Positions 27,400 through 36,467 of a DNA stretch of 64,000 nucleotides are shown piece by piece (positions within the stretch are counted from its first letter, which is position 1; each line of letters starts with the position of its first letter). The translations under genes and the position numbers were made by a program. The notes under the pieces are model-generated. The model was not told where the DNA came from. It made no database searches and was given only the letters and a program-made list of their open reading frames with translations. The stretch lies in the IMG/VR virus record IMGVR_UViG_3300031251_000001, positions 1 through 64,000 of that record. One strand, written 5' to 3'.

Positions 27400-27966
27400 T
27401 CATCCTACCAGCGATAGACCTACCTCGGTCTCTTCGATGATGTTGCTGACACCGTTGCCTTCCTTATTGTCCTTGGGGACAGGGAACCTCTTCTTGCCGA
27501 TCTTCGAGAGCGTAATGCCATGATCGGTGTAGATGAAGTAGTTGTTGAACCCCGGCAGATGGATGGCACGGTAGACGTTAGCAATCGCATCCCGAAGCGT
27601 CTCAGCGATGGCACCAACGGTCATGTCTTCACGGCGGGCCACCAGCTCACCGATAGCAATCATGCGCTGGCCATCGTTCTTGAAGCCACCGTCCCAGTGA
27701 AGAAAAGCCCCAGGTGGGTCAGGAGGGTATGTGATCAACTTCTTCTCGCGTCGCAACTTGGCACCGTTACTGCGTCTGGCACGACCCTCCCTGATTTGCT
27801 CTTCCAGTGCCACGCCCTCGACTAAACCTCGAAGACGAGCCATGGCTGACATATCGTGACGCAGTTCTTCGACGTAATCTTTGCAGGCCTTCAGCTGCTC
27901 TTTCTTAGAGGGCAGCTGAAGGATGCGATCAATTTCCTTCCTGGTGTCATCAAGCATGGAATCCAT
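27400..27966 (-). CDS. hypothetical protein (possible C-terminal winged HTH)
   Basis: 188 aa; MTVGAIAETL.....NVYRAI ... ITLSKIGK. Confidence 0.6.
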   Translation of the reverse strand: MDSMLDDTRKEIDRILQLPSKKEQLKACKDYVEELRHDMSAMARLRGLVEGVALEEQIREGRARRSNGAKLRREKKLITYPPDPPGAFLHWDGGFKNDGQRMIAIGELVARREDMTVGAIAETLRDAIANVYRAIHLPGFNNYFIYTDHGITLSKIGKKRFPVPKDNKEGNGVSNIIEETEVGLSLVG

Positions 27967-27971
27967 TCCTA

Positions 27972-28601
27972 CTAGGCAGGCACGAGCTTAGCCGATTCCT
28001 TGTGCTTCGCCAACACGGATCTGACGGCACTACGCATCGTGCTCTCAAACCCGTCACGATCTGCATACGTGATGTCAGCGCTGGCTAAGAGGTCGGCATG
28101 ATCAGACAGAAAACTTTCAAGCTCCAGGATACCACCGCACGAGTCGATAACCTCGCCGGTGTCGTCATCGTCAATACGGGCGTACAGAAAACTGCCGTTG
28201 CAGTAATGGGTATAGAGCTCCAGGAGATCCCTGGCTTCCTGCTGGATGTCACGACCCTTGCGTTCCCTGGCGTTCATGGTACAGACAAGCAAGCCGGCGT
28301 TGCGAACGCCGTCCCAATCGTACTCCACGCCCGCTGTTCCCTCACCCTTGAGGAACCAAGAGCACTGGCCGTGCTCAAAGTAAGAACACATGAAGACCAA
28401 GCCGGCGTCGACTTTGCGTTTCATGGCTGGTGTGTAAGTGGGCGGTGCATTCCGGCTGATCCACTTGATGCCGATCTCGGCGTTGGGAAAGTGAAAGTTG
28501 CGGTGTTTGCTATTGAAGCTATGCAGGACAAACCCGCTCTCGTCCAAGGGATTCTCGGAGTCCTCGTCGGAGGTAACCGTGATGGAGATGTTGCGTTGCA
28601 T
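27972..28601 (-). CDS. hypothetical phage protein
   Basis: Probable start MQRNISITVTSDEDSENP; DSCGG motif. Confidence 0.65.
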   Translation of the reverse strand: MQRNISITVTSDEDSENPLDESGFVLHSFNSKHRNFHFPNAEIGIKWISRNAPPTYTPAMKRKVDAGLVFMCSYFEHGQCSWFLKGEGTAGVEYDWDGVRNAGLLVCTMNARERKGRDIQQEARDLLELYTHYCNGSFLYARIDDDDTGEVIDSCGGILELESFLSDHADLLASADITYADRDGFESTMRSAVRSVLAKHKESAKLVPA

Positions 28602-28839
28602 GATCGAACTCCAGACAGGCGCCGGCCATCGCGTCGACCACGAAGTCCAGCACCATAGACAAGATGAAATAGTAACCACAACAGGCGAAGGCGAGCAGGT
28701 TGATCAACTCCCCGGTGAAGCGACTGAGGAGACTAGGTGGGTGCTCTTCGAGTAGCTCCTGCACCACCTTCTCCCACGCGACTCCGTGGATCATACGGAC
28801 AGCATCCACGGCGGCATCCATTCTCTCTTGCTCTGTCAT
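28519..28839 (-). CDS. small hypothetical protein with a hydrophobic segment
   Basis: MTEQERMDAAV...; LINLLAFACCGYYFILSMVL hydrophobic stretch. Confidence 0.45.
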   Translation of the reverse strand: MTEQERMDAAVDAVRMIHGVAWEKVVQELLEEHPPSLLSRFTGELINLLAFACCGYYFILSMVLDFVVDAMAGACLEFDHATQHLHHGYLRRGLRESLGRERVCPA

Positions 28840-28888
28840 AGCGACCCCCAAGTAAAGCAGCCACCGCGAGGGTGGCTGCTGGTGCGTG

Positions 28889-31003
28889 TTACCCGATCTC
28901 AATGATCCGATCGAACGAAGGTTTGAGCAACGGATCATGGGTGATGACGATCATCTGCAGCCGATTGCGCAGCGACCGGGAGACAGCCTTCAGTACCTCA
29001 CCCAGGTAACGGCGATTCCGCTCATCCAGGTTGGCGGTCGGCTCATCCAGGACCAGCATGCCGATGTCACCGGCAAACAGTTCCAGCTGGGCCAGCCAGA
29101 AACAGATGGAGAGCACCACACGCTGACCGATCGACAGACGACTGATGGATCTCTCGCTCCGATCAGGCATGGAGATCATCAAATCGAGATCGTCGGTGGG
29201 TCGGCACGAGAAGCCGCCGCCGAAGCGTTTGATATTCCGGTTGATCGCCGGCTCGAGCTCCTTGAGGCAAGCACGCGAGACTCGTAGCGGCATGCGGGTG
29301 GGGTGCAGCAGCTCCGAGGCCTTCTCAATGACATCGATACGCTGCAGCATGACCAGGCTGTCTTCGATCTTCTTAGCGTTGGAAGCTAGCTCGGCCTGCT
29401 GCCGCTCCACCGACTCCTTGACCTGCTTGATCTTGCCCTTGAGCTCCGACGCCTTGGCACGCAGCCTGTCCTGGGCTTCCAGGTCAGCACTGCGGTCCTC
29501 GCCCGGTTTATCGATCTCGGTCAGAGTAGCTCGGCGAGCCCGATAGGTGGTGATCTGTTCCTTGAGCGAGGGAACAGCGGCCCGGTAGTCAGCCCTGGCG
29601 GCACGCAGCAGCTTCACCGTGGCATTACGCTTACGGATCTTGATGCGGGCCTGCTCAATGCGTTTGATGCGTTCTGCCTTCTCGGTGAGCTCCGGCTGCT
29701 CCACTGCCTTGCCCAGCGTTGCCTTGGCGCCGGCGATCTTGCTGGTCAGGTTGGCCTTCTCGGTGGTGGCAGCGTCGAATGCTTCCTTCTTGGCCTTGAG
29801 GTCCTTGGCCTTGGCCCGCAAGTCGAGCAGCTGGGCGTCGTAGGTATCCCGCTGCTTGCTCTTGTCGGTGATCATCTTCTGGATGTCATCAATAGCCTGG
29901 TTGCAGGTAGGGCACTTGGATTTACCCTTGAACTTGGCCATCGACTCAATCCAGGCGTGCAGCTCATCACGCTTGCCGGCGAGCACCTTACCATCGGTAG
30001 TGATCTTGAGCCACTCCTCCTGATCAAAGGGTTTGATCACGATGGTCTTGAGCTTGGACTCGTCAGCATCGATCTTGTTCTTCTTGGCCTTGTACTCGGC
30101 GTACTTGGCGATGTCGATCGCATATTGACGGATGGCCTGCAGATCAGCAGCGGCAACGGCCACGTACTTCTTGGTTGCTGCCAGATCCACCCGCCACTGC
30201 GCCTCACCCGTGAGTACCTTCTTGGCTGTCTCGATCTTCTCCCGTGACTCTTTCCCGCGTTTGGCGATCTTCTTGATGTCAGCGATAATTGAGTTACGCT
30301 GAGCCACCAGAGCCACCGAGTCACGCAGAACCTCATACTCTTCGTTAGTCAGGCACTGCACGAGGATGGCGTCGCGTTGTGTCTCGATCTCGACACGTTC
30401 CGCCCTGAGACGTTCGATCTCGGCGTTGATCTCGCCGCTCTTGTCTTGCACCGTGAGCTGAGTCTTCTTGAAGCCGGCGAAGATCCCCAGCGTCTTCTTG
30501 GCCAGAGCCAGGTCACCGAGCATCAACATTTTCTGGTAAACGGTTGCTCGGTCAGTGGACGTCGCGGAGAACAGAGCGTCGATTGCATTCTGTCGGAGAA
30601 AGACGGCATTAAGAACATCGGATGAGATCCCGAGGGATTCCATCCGTGCTTTAACTCCATCCCAACCCTCGACGTACTTCCCATCCGCTCCAGTGATGGT
30701 GATCTTGTCAGGGCGGATCGAATTGAGAAGGTGAACCTGTTGCTCGGCATGCTGAAAGGTGATGTCGACATAAGCCTTGTCCTTCTCCTTGGCCTTGTCC
30801 CGGATCACCTTCTTCTTGGTGTCGGCGATGCCGGTCCAGCGGTTAGTCATAGCGGAAACGATCGCTTCAGTCAGCGTCGTCTTGCCGCAGCCGTTCGGGC
30901 CGAAGATCCCGATGGTACCACGAGGAAGAGGATTCTTCTCGGTACCAAAGTGGATCTCCTTGTGCGGCCCGATATTGAAAAGTGTAGCGTACTTTAGGTA
31001 CAT
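28889..31003 (-). CDS. sbcC: SbcC/Rad50-like SMC-family ATPase
   Basis: GPNGCGKTT Walker A, coiled coils, CPTC zinc hook, LSIGQR signature, LDEPTANLD Walker B, ITHD. Confidence 0.9.
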   Translation of the reverse strand: MYLKYATLFNIGPHKEIHFGTEKNPLPRGTIGIFGPNGCGKTTLTEAIVSAMTNRWTGIADTKKKVIRDKAKEKDKAYVDITFQHAEQQVHLLNSIRPDKITITGADGKYVEGWDGVKARMESLGISSDVLNAVFLRQNAIDALFSATSTDRATVYQKMLMLGDLALAKKTLGIFAGFKKTQLTVQDKSGEINAEIERLRAERVEIETQRDAILVQCLTNEEYEVLRDSVALVAQRNSIIADIKKIAKRGKESREKIETAKKVLTGEAQWRVDLAATKKYVAVAAADLQAIRQYAIDIAKYAEYKAKKNKIDADESKLKTIVIKPFDQEEWLKITTDGKVLAGKRDELHAWIESMAKFKGKSKCPTCNQAIDDIQKMITDKSKQRDTYDAQLLDLRAKAKDLKAKKEAFDAATTEKANLTSKIAGAKATLGKAVEQPELTEKAERIKRIEQARIKIRKRNATVKLLRAARADYRAAVPSLKEQITTYRARRATLTEIDKPGEDRSADLEAQDRLRAKASELKGKIKQVKESVERQQAELASNAKKIEDSLVMLQRIDVIEKASELLHPTRMPLRVSRACLKELEPAINRNIKRFGGGFSCRPTDDLDLMISMPDRSERSISRLSIGQRVVLSICFWLAQLELFAGDIGMLVLDEPTANLDERNRRYLGEVLKAVSRSLRNRLQMIVITHDPLLKPSFDRIIEIG

Positions 31004-32124
31004 GATCCCGTCTCAAGATAGCGGTTGAGGAATGGTTTAAGTTTCTCTTCGGTTCGCTCCTTGCGGGCGATCAGCTCCATGACGAGCATGCGGACCTCGG
31101 GGTCTTCCGTCTCCTCGTTCAGAGCCTGACGGATTGCCTCGGCGGCCTTACTCTTCCACTCGACTGAGGTGACAAACTCCCCTTCAGGGACGTCAGCATA
31201 GAAGTAGCGGAAGAAGAGGTGTGCCCGGTCTTGAGCGATCGCGCGAACACGATCCTCGAAGTCTTCGAGCGCTTTGTCATACTCCACGTCCACAATCGGC
31301 TTCTCGATATCCTTGTCATAGGTAAACCTCCGTTTGGGTGCGGTGTAGTTGCCTAAGTCGAGGTGTAGCTTCTTGAGGGCGTCGATAGCGTGCTGCTCGG
31401 TGACGCAGCGACGCAGGCGGATAACGTGGCGGGTACGCAGCTTGATCTTCGTGAACAGGTTCTTCTCGAAGAGCCAGACGTGTTTGACCTCCTCCTCAGC
31501 GATGTCCTGCATGCAGGTCGTGCCGGGGGAGAGGAACTTGAGGATGTCCTTACCCTTGCCGCCGCGATCGATCTTCTTGAGGAGGTGGCGGTGGATGTCA
31601 CCGGAGACCACCGTCTTGATGTTGGTGGGGACGTTAACCAGACTGTCATCCGGCTCAGGACCGAAGGGCTTGTGCTCGGCCCACATCTGGTGGCAGACCA
31701 GCAGGTTGGCTGCCGACGGAATAGACTCGAGCGCGCCACGCAGGAGCTCGGTATCGGTGTAATCGAGCCCATAGAGGGTAACCCCGCCGTCGCACTTGAT
31801 CAGCTGACGATGGAGGTGGGTGCCGCCGCAAAGCGTGGCCCAGGGCGGATCACTGACCTCATGCTGACCCTGGACGAAGTAAACGCACTCCTGGTCTCCA
31901 GTGATGCTGCGGCAACTGGCGATGAACCTGCGCAGCTCCTTGAAGGCTCGGCTGTTGATACGCTTGCGGTCGATGACGTCGCCGCACAGAACGATCTTCT
32001 TGACCTTCTTACGTTTGACGATGGCCAGGATCTGGGGCAACACCTGGTAGGCATCAAAGAACAAGGGACGAGAGGGCCAACACGCATCATCAAGGTGCAT
32101 GTCGCCGACGAATAAGATGGACAT
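30994..32124 (-). CDS. sbcD: SbcD/Mre11-like metallophosphoesterase nuclease
   Basis: GDMH, GDVID, GQHE, CHQ and GDIH motifs; adjacent to sbcC; start MSILFVGD after a GGAG SD. Confidence 0.85.
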   Translation of the reverse strand: MSILFVGDMHLDDACWPSRPLFFDAYQVLPQILAIVKRKKVKKIVLCGDVIDRKRINSRAFKELRRFIASCRSITGDQECVYFVQGQHEVSDPPWATLCGGTHLHRQLIKCDGGVTLYGLDYTDTELLRGALESIPSAANLLVCHQMWAEHKPFGPEPDDSLVNVPTNIKTVVSGDIHRHLLKKIDRGGKGKDILKFLSPGTTCMQDIAEEEVKHVWLFEKNLFTKIKLRTRHVIRLRRCVTEQHAIDALKKLHLDLGNYTAPKRRFTYDKDIEKPIVDVEYDKALEDFEDRVRAIAQDRAHLFFRYFYADVPEGEFVTSVEWKSKAAEAIRQALNEETEDPEVRMLVMELIARKERTEEKLKPFLNRYLETGSCT

Positions 32125-32137
32125 GGGGACTCCTATC

Positions 32138-32153
32138 CAAAATACGTATTTTG
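32138..32153. promoter_or_regulatory. 16-bp palindrome CAAAATACGTATTTTG, copy 4
   Basis: Exact (extends to 22 bp, 32135..32156); intergenic, 13 nt upstream of the sbcD ATG. Confidence 0.75.
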
Positions 32154-32159
32154 GATTGT

Positions 32160-32477
32160 TCAGACGTTGTAACCGAGCAGGAAGACGGTACGCCGCCACA
32201 GCTCCACCTGGTCAGCAGAGGAGTAGCGGGTCGAGAGCTCTTGCAGATTGCGGACGATGGGATGGATGCAGTAGAGATCCATCACCATGAGCAGCAGAGC
32301 GTTAAACACCCTACGTGCCTCACCCTCGAAGTTCTCCCCCACGTGCCAATAGATCGGGTGGGCACGCAGGTCATCCATTCCGAGGACTTTGATATTCTTA
32401 GGCCAGTCAAACGACGGCATCGCCGCGAGGGACAGGTCGTCATCCTCACGGGGTTCTTCTGGTTTGGGTTTACGCAT
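32160..32477 (-). CDS. hypothetical protein
   Basis: 105-aa ORF in the operon. Confidence 0.6.
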   Translation of the reverse strand: MRKPKPEEPREDDDLSLAAMPSFDWPKNIKVLGMDDLRAHPIYWHVGENFEGEARRVFNALLLMVMDLYCIHPIVRNLQELSTRYSSADQVELWRRTVFLLGYNV

Positions 32478-32482
32478 GGTGC

Positions 32483-32797
32483 CTATTGGACGACATAGAC
32501 ATTGCCGTGGCGGTAGTTGCCGGCGGCAATGCCTTCAGGGTCAAGAGGGGGATTGAAGCGTTCCGAGTCGATAGTGACGTGAGCGGGGGTGAGCCCGTGC
32601 GGCGCCTGGAACTGGAACCTATGTTTATTCTTCTTCTTGGCTTCGCTCAAGTTGAGTTCGTCGGTAATCAGCTTGTCGAGCTGCGTTCGACTGAGCAGAG
32701 AAACGATGGTCCGGTCCTGAAACTGATACACGTAGAGGCGCCTTCTTGTCAGCCACAACAGGAGTGACAGGACGGCGAGGAGCGTCTTGCTGATCAT
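32483..32797 (-). CDS. hypothetical protein with N-terminal hydrophobic anchor
   Basis: MISKTLLAVLSLLLWL..., GGAAGGA SD. Confidence 0.55.
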   Translation of the reverse strand: MISKTLLAVLSLLLWLTRRRLYVYQFQDRTIVSLLSRTQLDKLITDELNLSEAKKKNKHRFQFQAPHGLTPAHVTIDSERFNPPLDPEGIAAGNYRHGNVYVVQ

Positions 32798-33677
32798 GCG
32801 TGTCCTTCCTTAGACAGCCGTAGGTAGCGTAGAGGCGGCGACCAGCCAGTGCTTTATTGGCGTCCGGTAGGACATCCCAACTGTATCGCCTGTACCACGA
32901 TTTAGGGATTCTCGTGGCAATGGCTACTTGCTGAGCCAGCGATGCAGGATCAACCACCATCGCAGCTGAAGTCCTGGTCACGTGCATACTATCCCGCACA
33001 GAGACCAACTTTATCAGATCATCCACTTCGCTGCGAGGCAGAATCACGAGAGAGCTGGTAACAGGAGTGATCCGGTAGACTTGCTCGTCACGAAGTCGGG
33101 TGCTGAGACCTTTGGCTATTTGCACTTTGAAGCTGTCGCATTTGATGCTGCCTAACCAATTAAAGTGTTTGTACTGATCCATGGATTGGTTGAAAAACCA
33201 CGACCAGTAATTGAACTCGTTGTTCAATCGATGTGTCACGATCAAAGGGAGGTCTACAGCGAAAGGATCATGTGCTCTTTTGATAACACAAATGGATAGG
33301 TCCTCCCGTCCAGGCAGTGGGTTACCGTTCTCGTTGAGAAGGTACTCAAATACTTTCTTGAACGTCGGGATGGTCCTGGTTCTCACCCAGCAATAGGGAC
33401 ACCAATAGTGCAGACGGCAGCTTCGCTTCACGGTGCCAGTTGCCAAACGAACGCCGATAGGAAAGCAATCACTGAGGAGATCCACGGCTCGGTCCGCTGT
33501 GATGGATTTTTTGCCGTTACAGATCTCCTCTTTGCCGTAGCTACCCATGCGACGGATGGCAATCTGCTTGGGAAGGTAGCTAGGGCTGTGTGCCATTTCT
33601 TTGCGGGGATTGAGAAAGGGATAAATGGCAGAATGGATGCACCGAAGAAGGTGCGAAAAGACGGCCGGAGTGTGCAT
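32625..33677 (-). CDS. degenerate Rep_1/HUH-like protein with CxxxxxCPxC zinc motif
   Basis: SCRLHYWCPYCW and ALAGRRLYATYGCLR resemble the N- and C-terminal motifs of pC194-type Rep proteins; HUH motif and catalytic Tyr not evident. Confidence 0.4.
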   Translation of the reverse strand: MHTPAVFSHLLRCIHSAIYPFLNPRKEMAHSPSYLPKQIAIRRMGSYGKEEICNGKKSITADRAVDLLSDCFPIGVRLATGTVKRSCRLHYWCPYCWVRTRTIPTFKKVFEYLLNENGNPLPGREDLSICVIKRAHDPFAVDLPLIVTHRLNNEFNYWSWFFNQSMDQYKHFNWLGSIKCDSFKVQIAKGLSTRLRDEQVYRITPVTSSLVILPRSEVDDLIKLVSVRDSMHVTRTSAAMVVDPASLAQQVAIATRIPKSWYRRYSWDVLPDANKALAGRRLYATYGCLRKDTHDQQDAPRRPVTPVVADKKAPLRVSVSGPDHRFSAQSNAARQADYRRTQLERSQEEE

Positions 33678-34023
33678 GGCGTGTTGTCCTGAGAGTTGTC
33701 GATTAAAGATGAGAATGACCGCTTGTAGTGACCCACAAAAAATCCAAAATACGGATTTTGAAATGGCTCTTTTTGGGCCTCTCTCTCATGAGTCTTTTCC
33801 GTGTTTTCACGGGGAATAATTCGATTATCCTACTATCTCACTATTGGTTCCTTACCCCACCGCCTATGACAATTTTGAACCATCAGCCCACACCCCGCCG
33901 TTTAGAAAGATAGACCCTGTATTATTACTACATAATAATACGAACACCTTCGTGCGTCCCCTTGGAAAGGGGGACGCACTCCGGTGTGTAACGTAATACC
34001 AAGACTAGGAAAGAAGAGACGAC
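33678..34023. other. AT-rich intergenic region with inverted repeats (candidate replication origin / control region)
   Basis: Longest non-coding gap in the window; GTATTATTA-CTACA-TAATAATAC (33919..33941), GTGCGTCCCC...GGGGACGCAC (33952..33979) and a one-mismatch palindrome copy. Confidence 0.4.
33745..33760. promoter_or_regulatory. palindrome variant CAAAATACGGATTTTG (1 mismatch), copy 5
   Basis: 15/16 match, in the AT-rich gap upstream of 32625..33677. Confidence 0.6.
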
Positions 34024-34398
34024 CTAGATGGCAGGGTCGGGCTTGTTCGACTTGAGCTTGGCAGCGCGAAGCTCGGCAGCTGCCTTGGCCTGGATGCGTA
34101 ACTTCTTCACTTGCCCGACTCGCACCGTGACGGGGATGTTGCGCTTAGCACAATACTTCTTAAACGACTGGATCACCTTCAGGCTGATCTGCTTCACCTT
34201 GGCCAGCACCTCGGAGGAGGTACTAGCCAGGTCCTCGACTGTCACGATGCCCAGGACCTCCAGAGGCTTGACGATCTTGGAGTTGATACGCAGCTCAGCC
34301 AGGGGCTTCTTCTCCACCGGGTCAGGGATGGCGACCAGGTGAGTCACCCGCTTGCCGATGCGTGGCTCCGGGACGGTAGGTATCCAACTGCGCTTCAT
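34024..34398 (-). CDS. stand-alone RNA polymerase alpha-subunit C-terminal-domain-like protein
   Basis: PLAELRINSKIVKPLEVLGIVTVEDLASTSSEVLAKVKQISLKVIQSFK parallels the alpha-CTD HhH pattern (i.eL.ls.r..n.L...gi.tv.dL...s.eell.i.n.g.ksl.ei). Confidence 0.6.
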   Translation of the reverse strand: MKRSWIPTVPEPRIGKRVTHLVAIPDPVEKKPLAELRINSKIVKPLEVLGIVTVEDLASTSSEVLAKVKQISLKVIQSFKKYCAKRNIPVTVRVGQVKKLRIQAKAAAELRAAKLKSNKPDPAI

Positions 34399-34417
34399 GA
34401 TCGCCTCGACTGGAAAG

Positions 34418-34433
34418 CAAAATACGTATTTTG
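34418..34433. promoter_or_regulatory. 16-bp palindrome CAAAATACGTATTTTG, copy 6
   Basis: Exact; intergenic, 19 nt upstream of the alpha-CTD-like gene ATG. Confidence 0.75.
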
Positions 34434-34435
34434 AT

Positions 34436-34906
34436 TTAACCGAACGTGTAGGTTACGCCTAGCCCAACCCCACGCGACCTCTGCCTCCCTTTCAAGCCCC
34501 TCGACTTGAGCAGGTGCTGCGCAGCCAGTGCTTCCTCGGGGACGCAAGCACGGACGGCATAGCGACGACCAGAGAGGCCACGACTGACCGAGTCGAGAAG
34601 GATGGTAGCGATGCCCTGGCGGCGGTACTCGGGGTGGACGCCTACCCACTTGACCAGCATGCGACCACTGGCACGACTGCGACGACAGAGGATGGCACCA
34701 CGGTACTGACCGTCGACCGTGGCGGCGAGGATCATGTGGTTACGCAGCAACCGGGAGACGTCGCTGCTGGAGAGGTTGGCCCTGCGGGTGGTAGCACGGT
34801 CAAGGTTAAAGAGATCAGCGACGGCGAAACAATCAGACTCTTCGGGAATGGCCAGGGTGACGACCTGGCCGGTTTTAGTGTGGCGGGTGAATAGCATGCT
34901 AACCAT
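34436..34906 (-). CDS. GNAT (RimI-like) N-acetyltransferase
   Basis: VGVHPEYRRQGIAT acetyl-CoA-binding motif A; V.E..LAAQ.L....G. Confidence 0.8.
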   Translation of the reverse strand: MVSMLFTRHTKTGQVVTLAIPEESDCFAVADLFNLDRATTRRANLSSSDVSRLLRNHMILAATVDGQYRGAILCRRSRASGRMLVKWVGVHPEYRRQGIATILLDSVSRGLSGRRYAVRACVPEEALAAQHLLKSRGLKGRQRSRGVGLGVTYTFG

Positions 34907-35528
34907 CCTGGTTGTAGTTCCTTGGTTGATAGAGTTCTTCCTCGAAGACCTTGCCGAGTCGAATGTTGGAGGCTCGGGCCATCTTGCTGCAGACGTCGGC
35001 GAGGGAGTTGAGTTCGCTGGTCTCGCGTTTGAGCCAGTGCCAGTGGACGAGGAGGCCCTGACGTTTCATCATTTCGATCGCGTCCCAGATCATCATGTTG
35101 GCGGTACGGGCGCTCTTCCGCTCGGAAGCACGCTGAACGTATTCACTGTCAGTGACGATGTGGACATGGCGAAACTCAATTTTTCCGCCATTATTTTTCC
35201 GTTCCTCCAGGACACGGCTGAGAATCTCCGCCAGCGGGGCGAAGTAGGCCATGAGCTCGGCGAAATTGATGCTGCAACGGTTGATGGAGCCGAAGAACTG
35301 GAGGCGTTCCCGGTTGGCGATGTCGATCAGCGTGCAGTACCAGCCGGAGGGCAGGTGACGTTGGCTGCCGCTACCGTCCCCCACGAGCACGTAATCTGCT
35401 TTCTCAATTGCGAGCTTCTCCAGCAGGGCTGACAGCTTCTGCTTTCCCAGGGTGGGGTTCCAGGTAGGCTTTTTGGCCTTGTTCTTTTCCATGCGTAGCC
35501 GTCTCCTCTGTTTGTCGTCGGGGTGCAT
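34899..35528 (-). CDS. rnhA: ribonuclease HI
   Basis: VGDGS, SINFAEL, IVTDSEYV, WHW.KR....LN.LAD catalytic D-E-D-D set; start uncertain. Confidence 0.85.
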   Translation of the reverse strand: MHPDDKQRRRLRMEKNKAKKPTWNPTLGKQKLSALLEKLAIEKADYVLVGDGSGSQRHLPSGWYCTLIDIANRERLQFFGSINRCSINFAELMAYFAPLAEILSRVLEERKNNGGKIEFRHVHIVTDSEYVQRASERKSARTANMMIWDAIEMMKRQGLLVHWHWLKRETSELNSLADVCSKMARASNIRLGKVFEEELYQPRNYNQDG

Positions 35529-35860
35529 GGCTTGCCTCCTGCAATCCATCTCGCGTCGACAGCAACACGCTGCGACCCAGCTGCACGAACTCATTCACCT
35601 TTTGATGGGTGATATTCACGGCACTGTTGAGCAGTCCGTTGGTGATGTCGATGTTCACGTGTGCATCGTGCACGGTGACTTCACCCTGGGTGCCGGTACA
35701 GAAGATGTGCCGGGCCAGGTCGGGGGTGTTGACGTTTTTCTGGTAGGCCAGTCCGATGACCACGCCGCGGAGCTCGGGGTACTGCAGCCTGAGCTTGTTG
35801 GCAAACTCGAAGCACGACTCGGCGATCTTCTGGTCAAACGTATTCGGTGTCGGGTCCATG
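35404..35860 (-). CDS. hypothetical protein
   Basis: MDPTPNTFDQK... ORF overlapping the RNase H 5' end. Confidence 0.55.
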
Positions 35861-36187
35861 TTTGCTTGCCTCGTATTCGATCTGCTCAGCATTCGACCAT
35901 TTCGAGGTCCGGCTGAAGGGATGGGTGATGTCGTTGAACAGGTTGGCTAACCGGGAGATGGCGAGAACTGCAACAAAATAGAAACTCCAAGCGTGGCACG
36001 TCAGAGCCACGACTAGCAGCAGGGCAATCCAGATCGAAAAACACCAAGCGCAGTTGAAGAAGTATCCGATAAGGCCTGGTAGCTTGACGGCGCGGCAACG
36101 AAGCCAGCCGGACAAGCGGCTATGCTTCCAGACCTCAACGACCTGCCAACAGGCAAGCGCTGCGATGAAGATCTCAGATAACGTCAT
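35834..36187 (-). CDS. small membrane protein (DUF1360-like, CxWC motif)
   Basis: Hydrophobic helices, FFNCAWCFSIWIA; GGAGG SD before MTLSEIF. Confidence 0.65.
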   Translation of the reverse strand: MTLSEIFIAALACWQVVEVWKHSRLSGWLRCRAVKLPGLIGYFFNCAWCFSIWIALLLVVALTCHAWSFYFVAVLAISRLANLFNDITHPFSRTSKWSNAEQIEYEASKHGPDTEYV

Positions 36188-36467
36188 GTCATCCTCCCAG
36201 TGGGATTGTTTCCAGTATGACCCACTGGCGGGTTCGGCCGCGATCAGAGGAACGGCCTTCCAGATCCAGCTCGTGTCCTTGAGCGGATCGTGTCGCGTCG
36301 ATGGGCAAGTGTAGCGCAATCAGCTGAGTCGTGTCCAGTCGCATGCCCTGCGTCTGGATGCGACGCCTTCCTGTTCGTTGCAGGAAGAGCACAGAGCTGG
36401 TGGAATCGGTTACCATCGTCACACCCTCGGGAGTCAGATTGTGTCAGCAGCGGTTCTTAATTCGATC

